From the IMG/VR virus record IMGVR_UViG_3300035670_000163, positions 6,385 through 70,384 of that record: a stretch of 64,000 nt of DNA, one strand, 5' to 3'. Shown piece by piece: positions 8,173 to 17,658 of the stretch. A program made the translations under genes and the position numbers. Within the stretch, counting starts at the first letter, position 1. Every line of letters starts with the position of its first letter. The DNA comes from a virus. The notes beneath the pieces were generated by a model that had not been told where the DNA came from, searched no databases, and saw only the letters and a program-made list of their open reading frames with translations.

Positions 8173-9857
8173 AAGCGTCCAACAACTTCGTCAAACGCTA
8201 CGCCTGTTCTTGTAGCAACGAAGTTAAGTTGAATAAAGTTAATGGAACGAGCAGGCTTAATGTAAATATCACCAACAAATTCGTTGCGATCAATAACTTC
8301 TGGAGTATTATTTGTAGTATCACAAACAACACGGAAGTCAAAAATACCACGGCGACCTTGAATGTCACGCAAGAACGGTTCAACAAGATTTACAAATTGC
8401 GATCTTGTAAATTCATCATTGAATTCAAACAGCGATGACCGAGCAGCACGTGCGATTGCTTTCTCAAGAACGATAAACAGTCGGCGAACATTAATACGAT
8501 CAAAAGCCGATGGTTTTCTTGTAGCAGTTTTGTCGCCGTATAGAATTGTACCTTCGCCTGGAAAAGTAACAACAGGATTAACACCAGCTTTATAAATTGT
8601 ATCTCTTTGTGCTTGTGTTGGATTCCAAGAAAGTTTTATAACATTTTTAATTTGGCCACGATTTAAACCTGCTGGCGAGAACCATGGATCTCTTTGCAGG
8701 TCGGTACGAGCACAAAGACCAGCAATGTCACCATTTAATGGAATATATCTGTAAACATCATTGTATTTGTCATATTGATATTTCCAAGCTGAGTCTGCAA
8801 AAGCATATGTACTTGCTGATGTAAGACCGTTAACTGTACTAACAATAGCAGAAGCTTCTGATCCTGCGTTATCGACAACATCGGCTCTATTTGGAGAGAA
8901 AAATACCATACAATCTTTTCTCGATTCAGCTAAAGCAATCAAATAGTTTGGAATTGTCAAACCAGAAGTTTCTCCAGCCATAATTAATGAAACATCGACT
9001 GAATCTGGATTGGCAAACAAATCATATGAAGTGTTTCTGTTAGCTGCTGTTGGAGAAACAGAGAGTCCGCCAGATAAATCATAGTCTGTTGTAGCTACTT
9101 GGTCATAAATTTCATTATCAGTTGAAGGTAAATCCCAATTTGTAGCTTCATCTGGATGAGATAACCACCAAATATATTTTGATCTGTTATTGATTACTTC
9201 TTTATAGTAATTTGTTGAACCGTCATCTGTTTTAGCATCAGGAGCTTTAGAAAGGAAACCAAATGTTTCTAAAACGGTATTTGCTGTTCCGCTAATTTTA
9301 CCTGTCGTATCAACAACTACAACGTGAATTTCGTCATTTGCTGAAGTGGCATTACTGTTTCTGTTTTGTACATAGGTAGATGTGCTTGGCGTTCCATTGA
9401 AATAAGAGGCATAAGCCCAAGAACCAATAAGAGAAGTATTGCCGTCACAAATAGAAACTTTAATAGAGTTACCAATTAATCCTGGATATTTGGCAGCAAA
9501 AACGTTAGGATCAGAACCAGATGAGTGATTCTCTAAGTAATCCGAAGTATTTTCAATCAATACACCAGTACCGGTTGTGGTAGCATTTAAAGCACCAGAA
9601 CCAACAGAACGTACTACACGGACGTCATTAGAGTATTGTAAAAAGTTTGCTGCGGTAAAAAAGCTTGTAAATGTATTAGCGTCTGGTTTACCAAATCTTT
9701 CTACGAGTTCAACTTCATTACTAATTTGGACAATCTCATTAACTGGACCCCATTGAAAGTCACCAGCAAAAGCTCCAATTGTAGTCGATACTGAAGGAAC
9801 AACTGTGGTGAGGTCAACTTCTGATACATTCACGCCTGGCGATAGTTGAAAAGCCAT
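8169..9857 (-). CDS. gp18: Tail sheath protein
   Basis: SPGVNVSEVDLT, FQWGP, PWFSPAGLNRG, FDRINVRRLF, IKPARSINFIQLNF. Confidence 0.98.
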   Translation of the reverse strand: MAFQLSPGVNVSEVDLTTVVPSVSTTIGAFAGDFQWGPVNEIVQISNEVELVERFGKPDANTFTSFFTAANFLQYSNDVRVVRSVGSGALNATTTGTGVLIENTSDYLENHSSGSDPNVFAAKYPGLIGNSIKVSICDGNTSLIGSWAYASYFNGTPSTSTYVQNRNSNATSANDEIHVVVVDTTGKISGTANTVLETFGFLSKAPDAKTDDGSTNYYKEVINNRSKYIWWLSHPDEATNWDLPSTDNEIYDQVATTDYDLSGGLSVSPTAANRNTSYDLFANPDSVDVSLIMAGETSGLTIPNYLIALAESRKDCMVFFSPNRADVVDNAGSEASAIVSTVNGLTSASTYAFADSAWKYQYDKYNDVYRYIPLNGDIAGLCARTDLQRDPWFSPAGLNRGQIKNVIKLSWNPTQAQRDTIYKAGVNPVVTFPGEGTILYGDKTATRKPSAFDRINVRRLFIVLEKAIARAARSSLFEFNDEFTRSQFVNLVEPFLRDIQGRRGIFDFRVVCDTTNNTPEVIDRNEFVGDIYIKPARSINFIQLNFVATRTGVAFDEVVGRF

Positions 9858-9903
9858 GTTTTAATCTCCTTTTTTTCAGGCTGAATAGTGCATTTTTATC
9901 TTG

Positions 9904-9911
9904 TATTTATG
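9904..9911 (-). promoter_or_regulatory. Late promoter CATAAATA upstream of gp18
   Basis: Intergenic CATAAATA, with AAGGAG SD downstream. Confidence 0.75.
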
Positions 9912-9914
9912 TTT

Positions 9915-11549
9915 TTAAAAAGTTGAAGATGGATAACCTCGATCCGATACAAAAGACCATCGGTCACCTGAGTTATCGTGAATATCTTCTACTCTACCAT
10001 CATCAAATATACCAACTGGTGCCAGATTTTCTTGTATTAAAAGATTCTGTTCTTCAACTAATCGTTTCCGAATATCACTATTGGTGTTTTCTTTAAAGAA
10101 AGACTGCGCGGCCAACCAAGAAAACATCACTAAAGTCATGGCCATATCGTCATGGTTACCTTCTTCTGCCTTAAACGTGTCTTTATCTCTTGAAAAAGTA
10201 TATAATTCCAGTATAGTATCTTGGTCATTTATAATTAGCTTGTCAGATTCAACCATTGCTTTGAAGTTTGCACAACCAATTTTCTTAACAGATACAGTAG
10301 TTTTAAGTCCAAAAGATACCGAACGTTTAAAACCAGCAGAAATGGACTGTCCTTTGATATTGTGGTGTTCTAGTTTAAATATGTTATCATACTCTAGGTC
10401 ATGGTGCAAAATATCTACAACCTGTTGACCAATATTGTTCGTTTCCACCAGCACAAAGGCTTCGTTATACCTCATTGCTGCCGAAAAAATAAGTGTTGGG
10501 TAAATTAAAGTTGGTATTTTATTGTCTCTGTATTTGGCAACTTGTCGGTACGGTATTTCTGTTACATCAATAATAGAAAATGCCGAATAATCTAAGCCAA
10601 CACCTTCAGAACAATCAACAGTCATTACATACATGTGGTCATCTTTTGGATACTCATAGATATCAAAACCATCACCAGATTGGATTGGTGTTTCATATGT
10701 TAATGATTTAAGTTTTGCTGCCGAAATAAGTGTTGCAGTAGAACCAATAAACTCGGTTTCAAACTCTTGCCTAAATTGTTCTTCAGAAGTGTTTCGTATG
10801 GTTTCTTCTTTCCACTTCTGATCTCTACCTGGTACCATTGACCAATGAACTTCAACTGGTTTATATAAACTTCTTTTCTCTGTGGCATCTTTCCACATTT
10901 TGTAGAAGAGATTCAAACCATTTGGTGTTGAAACAATAATAACTTTTGTTGTTTGGCCAGAAGAAATAACTGGATAGGTAGAAGTAAAAAATTCTTCTGC
11001 AATGTTATTTGGTACGAACGCAAATTCGTCTAAGAATACTAGATTGTATGTGCCGCCTCGCACACCAGCTCCTGATGTTGCGTAAGCATAAATCTTAGAT
11101 TTGTTTTCTAGTTCAATATTACCTCTATTCCAAACTAGAATACCTTGTTGCATCCATGTTGGCAGATATTCATATGCATATTGAACACGACCTAAAATCT
11201 CACGGGCAAGTGAACCTTTGTTGGCAAGAATGGCGATAGAGTAGTTATCATTGAACAAAACGCACCACAACATATATCCAACCGTTGTGGTTGTCTTTCC
11301 AACCTGTCGTGGCATCTTTGCGATACAGAAACGATTCTCATGAAAATCTCGCACCATATCTTCTTGGAAAGGCCACATATCAAAAGGCACAAGACCTCTA
11401 TCTACGTTAACAATCTTAACGTAGTTCTTAATAAAATATACCGGATCTTCCATACACTTGGCAATTTCAACTAATTGCTCCTGTGTATAGGATATTTCTG
11501 TACCAGGTTTTTTTAGACTGGCATTACCAAGATAACCCTCATCAGCCAT
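9915..11549 (-). CDS. gp17: Terminase large subunit
   Basis: Walker A MPRQVGKTT, Walker B LVFLDEFAF, STPNG, nuclease VDCSEG..DYS and HDD. Confidence 0.98.
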   Translation of the reverse strand: MADEGYLGNASLKKPGTEISYTQEQLVEIAKCMEDPVYFIKNYVKIVNVDRGLVPFDMWPFQEDMVRDFHENRFCIAKMPRQVGKTTTTVGYMLWCVLFNDNYSIAILANKGSLAREILGRVQYAYEYLPTWMQQGILVWNRGNIELENKSKIYAYATSGAGVRGGTYNLVFLDEFAFVPNNIAEEFFTSTYPVISSGQTTKVIIVSTPNGLNLFYKMWKDATEKRSLYKPVEVHWSMVPGRDQKWKEETIRNTSEEQFRQEFETEFIGSTATLISAAKLKSLTYETPIQSGDGFDIYEYPKDDHMYVMTVDCSEGVGLDYSAFSIIDVTEIPYRQVAKYRDNKIPTLIYPTLIFSAAMRYNEAFVLVETNNIGQQVVDILHHDLEYDNIFKLEHHNIKGQSISAGFKRSVSFGLKTTVSVKKIGCANFKAMVESDKLIINDQDTILELYTFSRDKDTFKAEEGNHDDMAMTLVMFSWLAAQSFFKENTNSDIRKRLVEEQNLLIQENLAPVGIFDDGRVEDIHDNSGDRWSFVSDRGYPSSTF

Positions 11550-11551
11550 TT

Positions 11552-11986
11552 TTATTTACTGGTGCTTTTCAGCATCCATCCATGTTTATTGTGTGCGTCA
11601 ATTCTACCTGCAATATAATCTGCAAGGCCTTGTTTATCAAATTCGTTTGCTAATTTGAAAGCAACATTTAATGTATTTAAAAGTTTATCATTATCTTCAG
11701 CAAGTCTACGAATCATATCTATTGCTGTTGGAATTGTCGTGTCACACTCAATCTCACTTAATTCCATATAACGTGTAAATGAACCAGGAGCATAAGCACC
11801 TAGTGTACGTATCTCTTCGGCTATCGCATCTGTCGCAGCATAAACTTCTCCATAAAGATCACCTAAAAAATCATGATATTGTGGAAAATTTGGACCTTCC
11901 ACATTCCAATGATAGTAATTTGCTTTGAGTTGAAAGGCGTAAGTTTCGGCTAAAACTTTACGCATAATTTCTATTAATGTTTCCAT
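11552..11986 (-). CDS. dps: Dps/ferritin-like protein
   Basis: YHWNVEGPNFPQYH, DAIAEEIRTLG, HNKHGWML: Dps ferroxidase signature. Confidence 0.9.
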   Translation of the reverse strand: METLIEIMRKVLAETYAFQLKANYYHWNVEGPNFPQYHDFLGDLYGEVYAATDAIAEEIRTLGAYAPGSFTRYMELSEIECDTTIPTAIDMIRRLAEDNDKLLNTLNVAFKLANEFDKQGLADYIAGRIDAHNKHGWMLKSTSK

Positions 11987-12369
11987 TACTTGTTTGCCTT
12001 AATCATGTTAATTAAATCTGCGGTAGAACCAACAAATACCGCCTTGTCAATCTTAACATCAGAACTTTGTTTTGGTTCCAAATCTCTTTTTCTTTTTTGT
12101 ATTTCTAATAAATCTTTATTCATATCTGCCAAATTTTTAAGCATGTTTGCAGCAACTTCATATGCTCTTGGATGTTCAGATTCTTTTGCGACATGCAAGA
12201 GATTATCCATGGCAATATTACCTTTATCTATAAGACCACGGATATTCTCTCTTGCAAACTCAGCATCATCATGAATTGGATTTGTAATCTCAACCACTTC
12301 AGTTCTCTGAGTAAATTCAACAGGTTCAATGTCAAGTACTTCAGACAACTTTTCATCAATTTTTTTCAT
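11986..12369 (-). CDS. gp16: Terminase small subunit
   Basis: DDAEFARENI, ESEHPRAYEV, VFVGSTADL. Confidence 0.93.
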   Translation of the reverse strand: MKKIDEKLSEVLDIEPVEFTQRTEVVEITNPIHDDAEFARENIRGLIDKGNIAMDNLLHVAKESEHPRAYEVAANMLKNLADMNKDLLEIQKRKRDLEPKQSSDVKIDKAVFVGSTADLINMIKANK

Positions 12370-12373
12370 TCAA

Positions 12374-13171
12374 TTAACCCCAAGTACCGCCAGTGAAATT
12401 AATATATCTCCAAATATCTGTTGTACCGTCATATGTACCAACACAACGATAAATTTTATCATTATCAATAGAAATTAAACCGGCCACATCACCTGGATCG
12501 CCTTTAGATGTTAATGGTACTGGTGTGTGCCATTGTAAAACAACACCATCAACGTTTAAAATGCCAGTTACAGTTAAATTATTTGCAGTAACAGTATTTG
12601 AAGAAATGACATTAACGCCTACTAAATTATTTGCAGTAATTGTATTCGCACCAGAAATATTACCTGGAACGGTCAATGTACCGTCTGTATTTGCAAGAGT
12701 TACATAATAAGATTGTGCATTGAATTGTACATTACCTCCATCATTACCAAGTCTTGTATCATTTGCTCTTAAATTTAAAAATCCTGAACCTTCGCCATCT
12801 AATGAATTAAAAGAATCACAAGTAACTGTTCCGCCCTCTTGAACTATTAACGAAGAAACGTTGGCTTCTGCTGTGCCGTCAAATAAACTGTTAGCAACAG
12901 CTCTAGCAGTAGAATCAACGGAACTTGCAGCAGCACTATTGGCCGCAGCAAATGCAGCATTAGCATATGCGCCAGCAGAGTTGGCAGCCTGGAAAGACGC
13001 AGTACCATCATTCGTAACAAACGATAGTGTACCAGATCCGTCAGTTGCCAGAACTTGACCAGCAGAACCATCGGCAGATGGCAATATGAAAGCGATATTT
13101 GGAGAAATAGTATTGGCGGCAACCAATTCTATTTTACCAGAAGTATCTCCAAGAATTGTAACTTTAGACAT
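12374..13171 (-). CDS. Short fibre-like structural protein
   Basis: LPSADGSAGQVLATDGSGTLSF fibre motif, short ANSA/ANAA heptads, C-terminal P.TSKGDPGD..G.I..D..Y.C module. Confidence 0.6.
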   Translation of the reverse strand: MSKVTILGDTSGKIELVAANTISPNIAFILPSADGSAGQVLATDGSGTLSFVTNDGTASFQAANSAGAYANAAFAAANSAAASSVDSTARAVANSLFDGTAEANVSSLIVQEGGTVTCDSFNSLDGEGSGFLNLRANDTRLGNDGGNVQFNAQSYYVTLANTDGTLTVPGNISGANTITANNLVGVNVISSNTVTANNLTVTGILNVDGVVLQWHTPVPLTSKGDPGDVAGLISIDNDKIYRCVGTYDGTTDIWRYINFTGGTWG

Positions 13172-13186
13172 TTAAAAATCCCCTTT

Positions 13187-13519
13187 TTATTTTATAATCC
13201 ATTCTGAACCTGGAGATACGGTTACAGTTACTCCAGGAGATAAAACTGGGTCTATTGTAATTGCATTATAGCCCTCAGGTATAGTATAACTAGAATCTAT
13301 GGTTGTACCACCAATAGGTTCTAATGTAAATTTTGCAGCAGTAGTAACTGCCGTAGAAATTGATCTCTCAATAACAGAATCTAATGAAGATAGTTTGATC
13401 TTCTTTGTTACTGCTGGTGAAGAACTATTATCTACAACAATTAAAATAATCTGATCTAAGTCATCAACAACATCAACTAATTGTAACTCAGATAGTTCTG
13501 TAATTTTTTTGTTTGCCAT
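13187..13519 (-). CDS. Small fibre-associated structural protein
   Basis: N-terminal MANKKITEL motif; C-terminal YTIPEGYNA...GVTVTVSPGSEW; TAATG-coupled to gp15. Confidence 0.55.
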   Translation of the reverse strand: MANKKITELSELQLVDVVDDLDQIILIVVDNSSSPAVTKKIKLSSLDSVIERSISTAVTTAAKFTLEPIGGTTIDSSYTIPEGYNAITIDPVLSPGVTVTVSPGSEWIIK

Positions 13520-14349
13520 TATTCTTCTCTTATTGGTAATGAATTTTCTGTTGCAATCTTATAACCATCTTCAGTAATAATGTATGTGTATGCAAGTTCT
13601 TCGGCTCTTTGTTCTGAGAAACCAAACTCATCATCAGGTTCAGCCGTATCAGGATTTGGTGTTGTGACAAACTGTGTCACAAGATTATAAACAGTAGTGT
13701 TTGCTTCCAGGTATATATTGGTATTTGCTTGTCTGATAACTTTACCAGTACGCACAGCAGGCCAAATGTAACCTTTTGCGGTGAACTCTAAGTCCCATGT
13801 AATCAATCTTGTACTCATCATATCACCCTCATAGTCTGTTGTTGGTGTAACAGAGTTTAGAATGATTGGTAGATCGTACTTTTGGTCCATTGGCTGAATA
13901 AAGTCAACAGTCACAGTAAAATCTGGTGTAAAGAATGGTAAAATTTGTTCTAATATTTGTGTACCATCTTCTGTATTGCGAGTATAGATTGACAATGAAA
14001 AATCAAAGTTATATGGAACTGGCACATACTGAGCATTTAAAGATGTACTTGTATTTGCCGAAAAGTTTCTCATCGTTGAGATTTGTTTGCGGCCAGAATC
14101 GTAACTCATGCCGGTCATCTCAAAAGAAATTCTAGGTACAACTGTAGCAATAGATTTGGTTAAGTTAGGATCAGAAGTTATTCTCGTCATATATTTTTCT
14201 TTAGCGCCATATGATAATGGCACCTTGAAAATTTCTCTTGGTGATCCATTTGTATTGTACCGAACAATCTGAATGTCATTAAAGAGCGTACCAAAAGCCA
14301 CTACAACTTTTCGTATTGTTCGGTTATAAAAGTGTTGTTGTCCTAACAT
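13519..14349 (-). CDS. gp15: Tail sheath stabiliser / completion protein
   Basis: FYNRTIRKVVVAFGTLFN, VPLSYG.KEK, QILEQILPFFTP; start moved to 14349 (TAATG overlap with gp14). Confidence 0.93.
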   Translation of the reverse strand: MLGQQHFYNRTIRKVVVAFGTLFNDIQIVRYNTNGSPREIFKVPLSYGAKEKYMTRITSDPNLTKSIATVVPRISFEMTGMSYDSGRKQISTMRNFSANTSTSLNAQYVPVPYNFDFSLSIYTRNTEDGTQILEQILPFFTPDFTVTVDFIQPMDQKYDLPIILNSVTPTTDYEGDMMSTRLITWDLEFTAKGYIWPAVRTGKVIRQANTNIYLEANTTVYNLVTQFVTTPNPDTAEPDDEFGFSEQRAEELAYTYIITEDGYKIATENSLPIREE

Positions 14350-15296
14350 TAATCGCCACCAAATGGATTTGTTTCGGTCCAATCTAGAATTAGATCGCCT
14401 TCTGTTTCTACTCTATTGTTATCTGCAATGTCTTCAAATACGGTATCAAATGTAACTTTATCATTTGCAGTTGTCATTGTCCATGTTGCACCACTTGTAT
14501 TGCCTGTAATTGTACCTGCACCAAATGTTCCGTTTACATGAATGACATCAACATATCTACCTGCATTCCATGTATGAACTGTTGCGGTAGCTGTTGCGGT
14601 TGCTAAACTGGATCCTTGATATACAATTTCTTCTGGTTCAAATGTGCCAGAACCACCTGTGATACTTACTGTAAGTCTTGTCTTTGTATAGGCATCAAAT
14701 GCTTGTTCATCAATTTCTGTAATGCCTGTTGAAATTAATTCATGTGAGAAGACATATTGTTTTAGTTTTAATGCATACACATAAACATTACCGCCACGGC
14801 CACGACCAAGAGAATAGAACATGGCTTGATCGTTCTCATGTTCGACAAAAGTAATCTCAAAAAAGTTTTTGAGCATTGGAATATAAACAAGGTCACCTTC
14901 TCTTGGTCGAGTTGGTGATGCATTTTCTGATGGTGTAATATCACCTAATCTTGGTTGATTAAAGTTTGTGGCACCAACTGTATATTTAAATCTGCGGCGA
15001 GAAACAAGCAATTGAACTTCATCACGAATCTCTAAACCAAACTTAGAAATGAAATCACCTTCACCATCCATACCTGTAACATTCTCAAGATACATTTCAA
15101 TTGGATGTGCAGAACGATATTGTTTGAGTGTGTCTTCACCATACAAATAATCTTCTGTTCCACCACTTGAACGTGGCAGATAATAAACATCCATGCCATA
15201 GATGCCCATGGCTTCAATCACCAAATCTTCAACTAAAAGTTGTTCATTGGTGATCTGTTCTTGTGGAAACGGTTGAAAATAAAAGTTTGTAGCCAC
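14349..15296 (-). CDS. gp14: Neck protein
   Basis: EQLLVEDLVIE, G.DVYYLPR, SKFGLEIRDE, RPREGDLVY, ETNPFG; GTG start. Confidence 0.93.
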   Translation of the reverse strand: MATNFYFQPFPQEQITNEQLLVEDLVIEAMGIYGMDVYYLPRSSGGTEDYLYGEDTLKQYRSAHPIEMYLENVTGMDGEGDFISKFGLEIRDEVQLLVSRRRFKYTVGATNFNQPRLGDITPSENASPTRPREGDLVYIPMLKNFFEITFVEHENDQAMFYSLGRGRGGNVYVYALKLKQYVFSHELISTGITEIDEQAFDAYTKTRLTVSITGGSGTFEPEEIVYQGSSLATATATATVHTWNAGRYVDVIHVNGTFGAGTITGNTSGATWTMTTANDKVTFDTVFEDIADNNRVETEGDLILDWTETNPFGGD

Positions 15297-15298
15297 AG

Positions 15299-16252
15299 TT
15301 AACCCATTATGAAGTCTGATGGAAGAACATTGTATGATTGCATTTCTTCTTCAATCTTATCAATTTCTCTCTGTGCTTCCTCCATAATTCTTGGACCATC
15401 TAGTGTGACACCGCCAGGCATTTGTATGCCAGCAAACTTAGAAAGGTTGGTTCCCCATTGATACTTAATTAAAGCCGTTGCATATCTCTTTAAGAATCTA
15501 TCATCCCAAACATCAGACATTCCAGCTTTAATTGCAGTTGCAGATGAAATCTCGGATGTTGGTGTAGAAATCAACATGAGTTCTGTTGGTGAATTGATGC
15601 GATTAACTTGCAGATCGGTGCCACCAATCGTAATGATGTCGCCTTCTACAATCTCCTGGTCAAACTTTGTGCCTGTACCTGTAACTGTATTAGAAGTGTT
15701 TGTTGCGGTAAATGTACCAGTCAATGTTACGGAATCTGGATTCATTTTACGATAGCATTCGATGACAACATATTCACCAACTGTTGCATCTCTAGACCAA
15801 TCAATGTCTAAGAAAAGTCGGTTGTGATGTCGATTGAATCTGAATTGAGGAGTACCTGAGAAAAGAAGATTTAAGGTACGAATATGTTGCATGGTAATTT
15901 CATATGACACATACGAAACAGAAGTAAAGTCATAGAGATCATGCAAACGTAACTGATATCTCAGGTCAAACATATTGATCGATGAATTAGAATCATCAAA
16001 CGGCATAACACCAATTACAAAAAGAACAGGATCAGGACAATAAATCCACTTACGATCAATGTCTTCTTGTGTAAATCGGTGTTTCATGTAAATCTTCTCA
16101 CAACCTTCAAAATGATAGTCGTGGAAGAATTGCAGAGCGTCATCAATGCGATCTTCTACTTGATCGTCATCTACGTTAATTTGAATTACTGGATGACCTA
16201 AACGGCGAAGGCAGTAATCTTTGAATTCTTGTCTAGTAGCAGGTGCGGCCAT
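15299..16252 (-). CDS. gp13: Neck protein
   Basis: YCLRRLGHPVIQINV, YATALIKYQWGTNLSKF.G.QMPGGVTLDG. Confidence 0.95.
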   Translation of the reverse strand: MAAPATRQEFKDYCLRRLGHPVIQINVDDDQVEDRIDDALQFFHDYHFEGCEKIYMKHRFTQEDIDRKWIYCPDPVLFVIGVMPFDDSNSSINMFDLRYQLRLHDLYDFTSVSYVSYEITMQHIRTLNLLFSGTPQFRFNRHHNRLFLDIDWSRDATVGEYVVIECYRKMNPDSVTLTGTFTATNTSNTVTGTGTKFDQEIVEGDIITIGGTDLQVNRINSPTELMLISTPTSEISSATAIKAGMSDVWDDRFLKRYATALIKYQWGTNLSKFAGIQMPGGVTLDGPRIMEEAQREIDKIEEEMQSYNVLPSDFIMG

Positions 16253-16281
16253 AATAGTCCCATGTGAATGGACTATTTATA
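16253..16281 (-). promoter_or_regulatory. Late promoter TATAAATA with overlapping RBS hairpin (gp13)
   Basis: Minus strand TATAAATAGTCCATTCACATGGGACTATT-ATG; AATAGTCC pairs with GGACTATT. Confidence 0.75.
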
Positions 16282-16293
16282 CTAAATTGAAAC

Positions 16294-17652
16294 TTACTGG
16301 TACTTGTATTTTAAAATTACAATTCCTGAACCACCAGATGCTCCAGCTGTAGCTCCTTGACCGCTATTTGGTTGGCCATCTCCTGTGGTATTTCTTCCTG
16401 ATCCTGTAGTAGACGGAGCTTGAGTACCAACGTTTATTCCTGCACCACCGCCACCATAATAAGTTGCTACACCACTTAATGGAGATAATCTTCCGGCTCC
16501 AGCATTAACTATACCTCCAGCACCTCCGGCTCCACCGCCTCCACCAGAACCACCACCACTTCCTGGAAAAGCTGCGTTTCCTCCATTGTTACCTTGGCCT
16601 GGAGTTCCTGCTCCTCCTGTTCCTGGATAAAAATATGCGCCACCACCAGATCCACCAGATTTTCCATTTTTTGAACCATCTCTTCCAGATCCACCACCAC
16701 CAATAGCTGTAAATCCTAACGCTGAAGAATTTCCTCCATTATTTGTAACCGCACTAGGACTTGTAACTGCTGCTCCTCCTGCTCCAATAACAACAGAATA
16801 AGTACCGGTACTTACTGTTGTGTTTCCTGTTAAAAATCCTCCTCCACCGCCTGCTCCAGATCCTGTTCCAGGAGCATTTATTGCGCCGCCTCCACCAGCA
16901 ACAATAAGATATTCAATATTATTTTCTGGTGATGTTAAAGGAACAACAGTAACATCAAACGAATCCGATGAAGTAAAGGTGTGTATTTTATAATCACCAT
17001 CTGTTGTAATTGTTCCTCCTGTTGCTACATAGTAACTAATTACTAACACATCCAAACTAAATGTTTTATCACTATCTTGCAATTCGTCATCGCTTGCTCG
17101 AATTGTAAAATTATATGTTGTATCTGTTTCTACTGTAATTGTTCCATAAAAATATCCATTTGACAATAAAGTAGTACCAGCTGGAAGTTCTGTTGTGTTG
17201 GCATATGATGTGGCACCAGTGGCTTCAAAAGTTATATCAAATGGTACATCCGTAGATTGTTGAAGTAATGTTGCTTCTGTTACCCAAGTTGGTGAACCAG
17301 AATAAGTTAATTTGTTTGGTCCAATCGCCGTACCACCATCTGGATTTACGACATAAAGATTATATGTTGCTGCTGATTTGGCTGGAACTTGAGCGTGTAA
17401 TGTGGAAGAATTTACATAAGAAACGGAAGTTGCTTGTGTACCACTAATAATAACAGTTGCACCATCTTGAAAGCCGGCACCACTTACAACGATATATCCT
17501 CCGCCAACATTGACGGCAGTATCATCAAGAACGGTGTAAGAAGAATTGGCAACAGAAACGTTACCAATTTTTGGTACTAAGTTTTCAGTAAATTCTGAAT
17601 ATGTAACTACTGTATTTGGTTGAATATTATCTGTTGTTATTTTAGTTGTCAT
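16294..17652 (-). CDS. IPT/Ig-like + glycine-rich virion protein (paralogue 3)
   Basis: GGYIVVSGAGFQDGATV..YNLYVVNPDGG (IPT/TIG-like), YNFTIRASD (Ig-like), EYLIVAGGGG...GGSGIVILKY Gly-rich domain. Confidence 0.7.
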   Translation of the reverse strand: MTTKITTDNIQPNTVVTYSEFTENLVPKIGNVSVANSSYTVLDDTAVNVGGGYIVVSGAGFQDGATVIISGTQATSVSYVNSSTLHAQVPAKSAATYNLYVVNPDGGTAIGPNKLTYSGSPTWVTEATLLQQSTDVPFDITFEATGATSYANTTELPAGTTLLSNGYFYGTITVETDTTYNFTIRASDDELQDSDKTFSLDVLVISYYVATGGTITTDGDYKIHTFTSSDSFDVTVVPLTSPENNIEYLIVAGGGGAINAPGTGSGAGGGGGFLTGNTTVSTGTYSVVIGAGGAAVTSPSAVTNNGGNSSALGFTAIGGGGSGRDGSKNGKSGGSGGGAYFYPGTGGAGTPGQGNNGGNAAFPGSGGGSGGGGGAGGAGGIVNAGAGRLSPLSGVATYYGGGGAGINVGTQAPSTTGSGRNTTGDGQPNSGQGATAGASGGSGIVILKYKYQ

Positions 17653-17658
17653 TTTTTC

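Noticed and set aside
9915-11549. Inteins, introns or homing endonucleases in terminase, portal, sheath or capsid genes
   Set aside because: All are uninterrupted and of ordinary length, with no splice or endonuclease motifs
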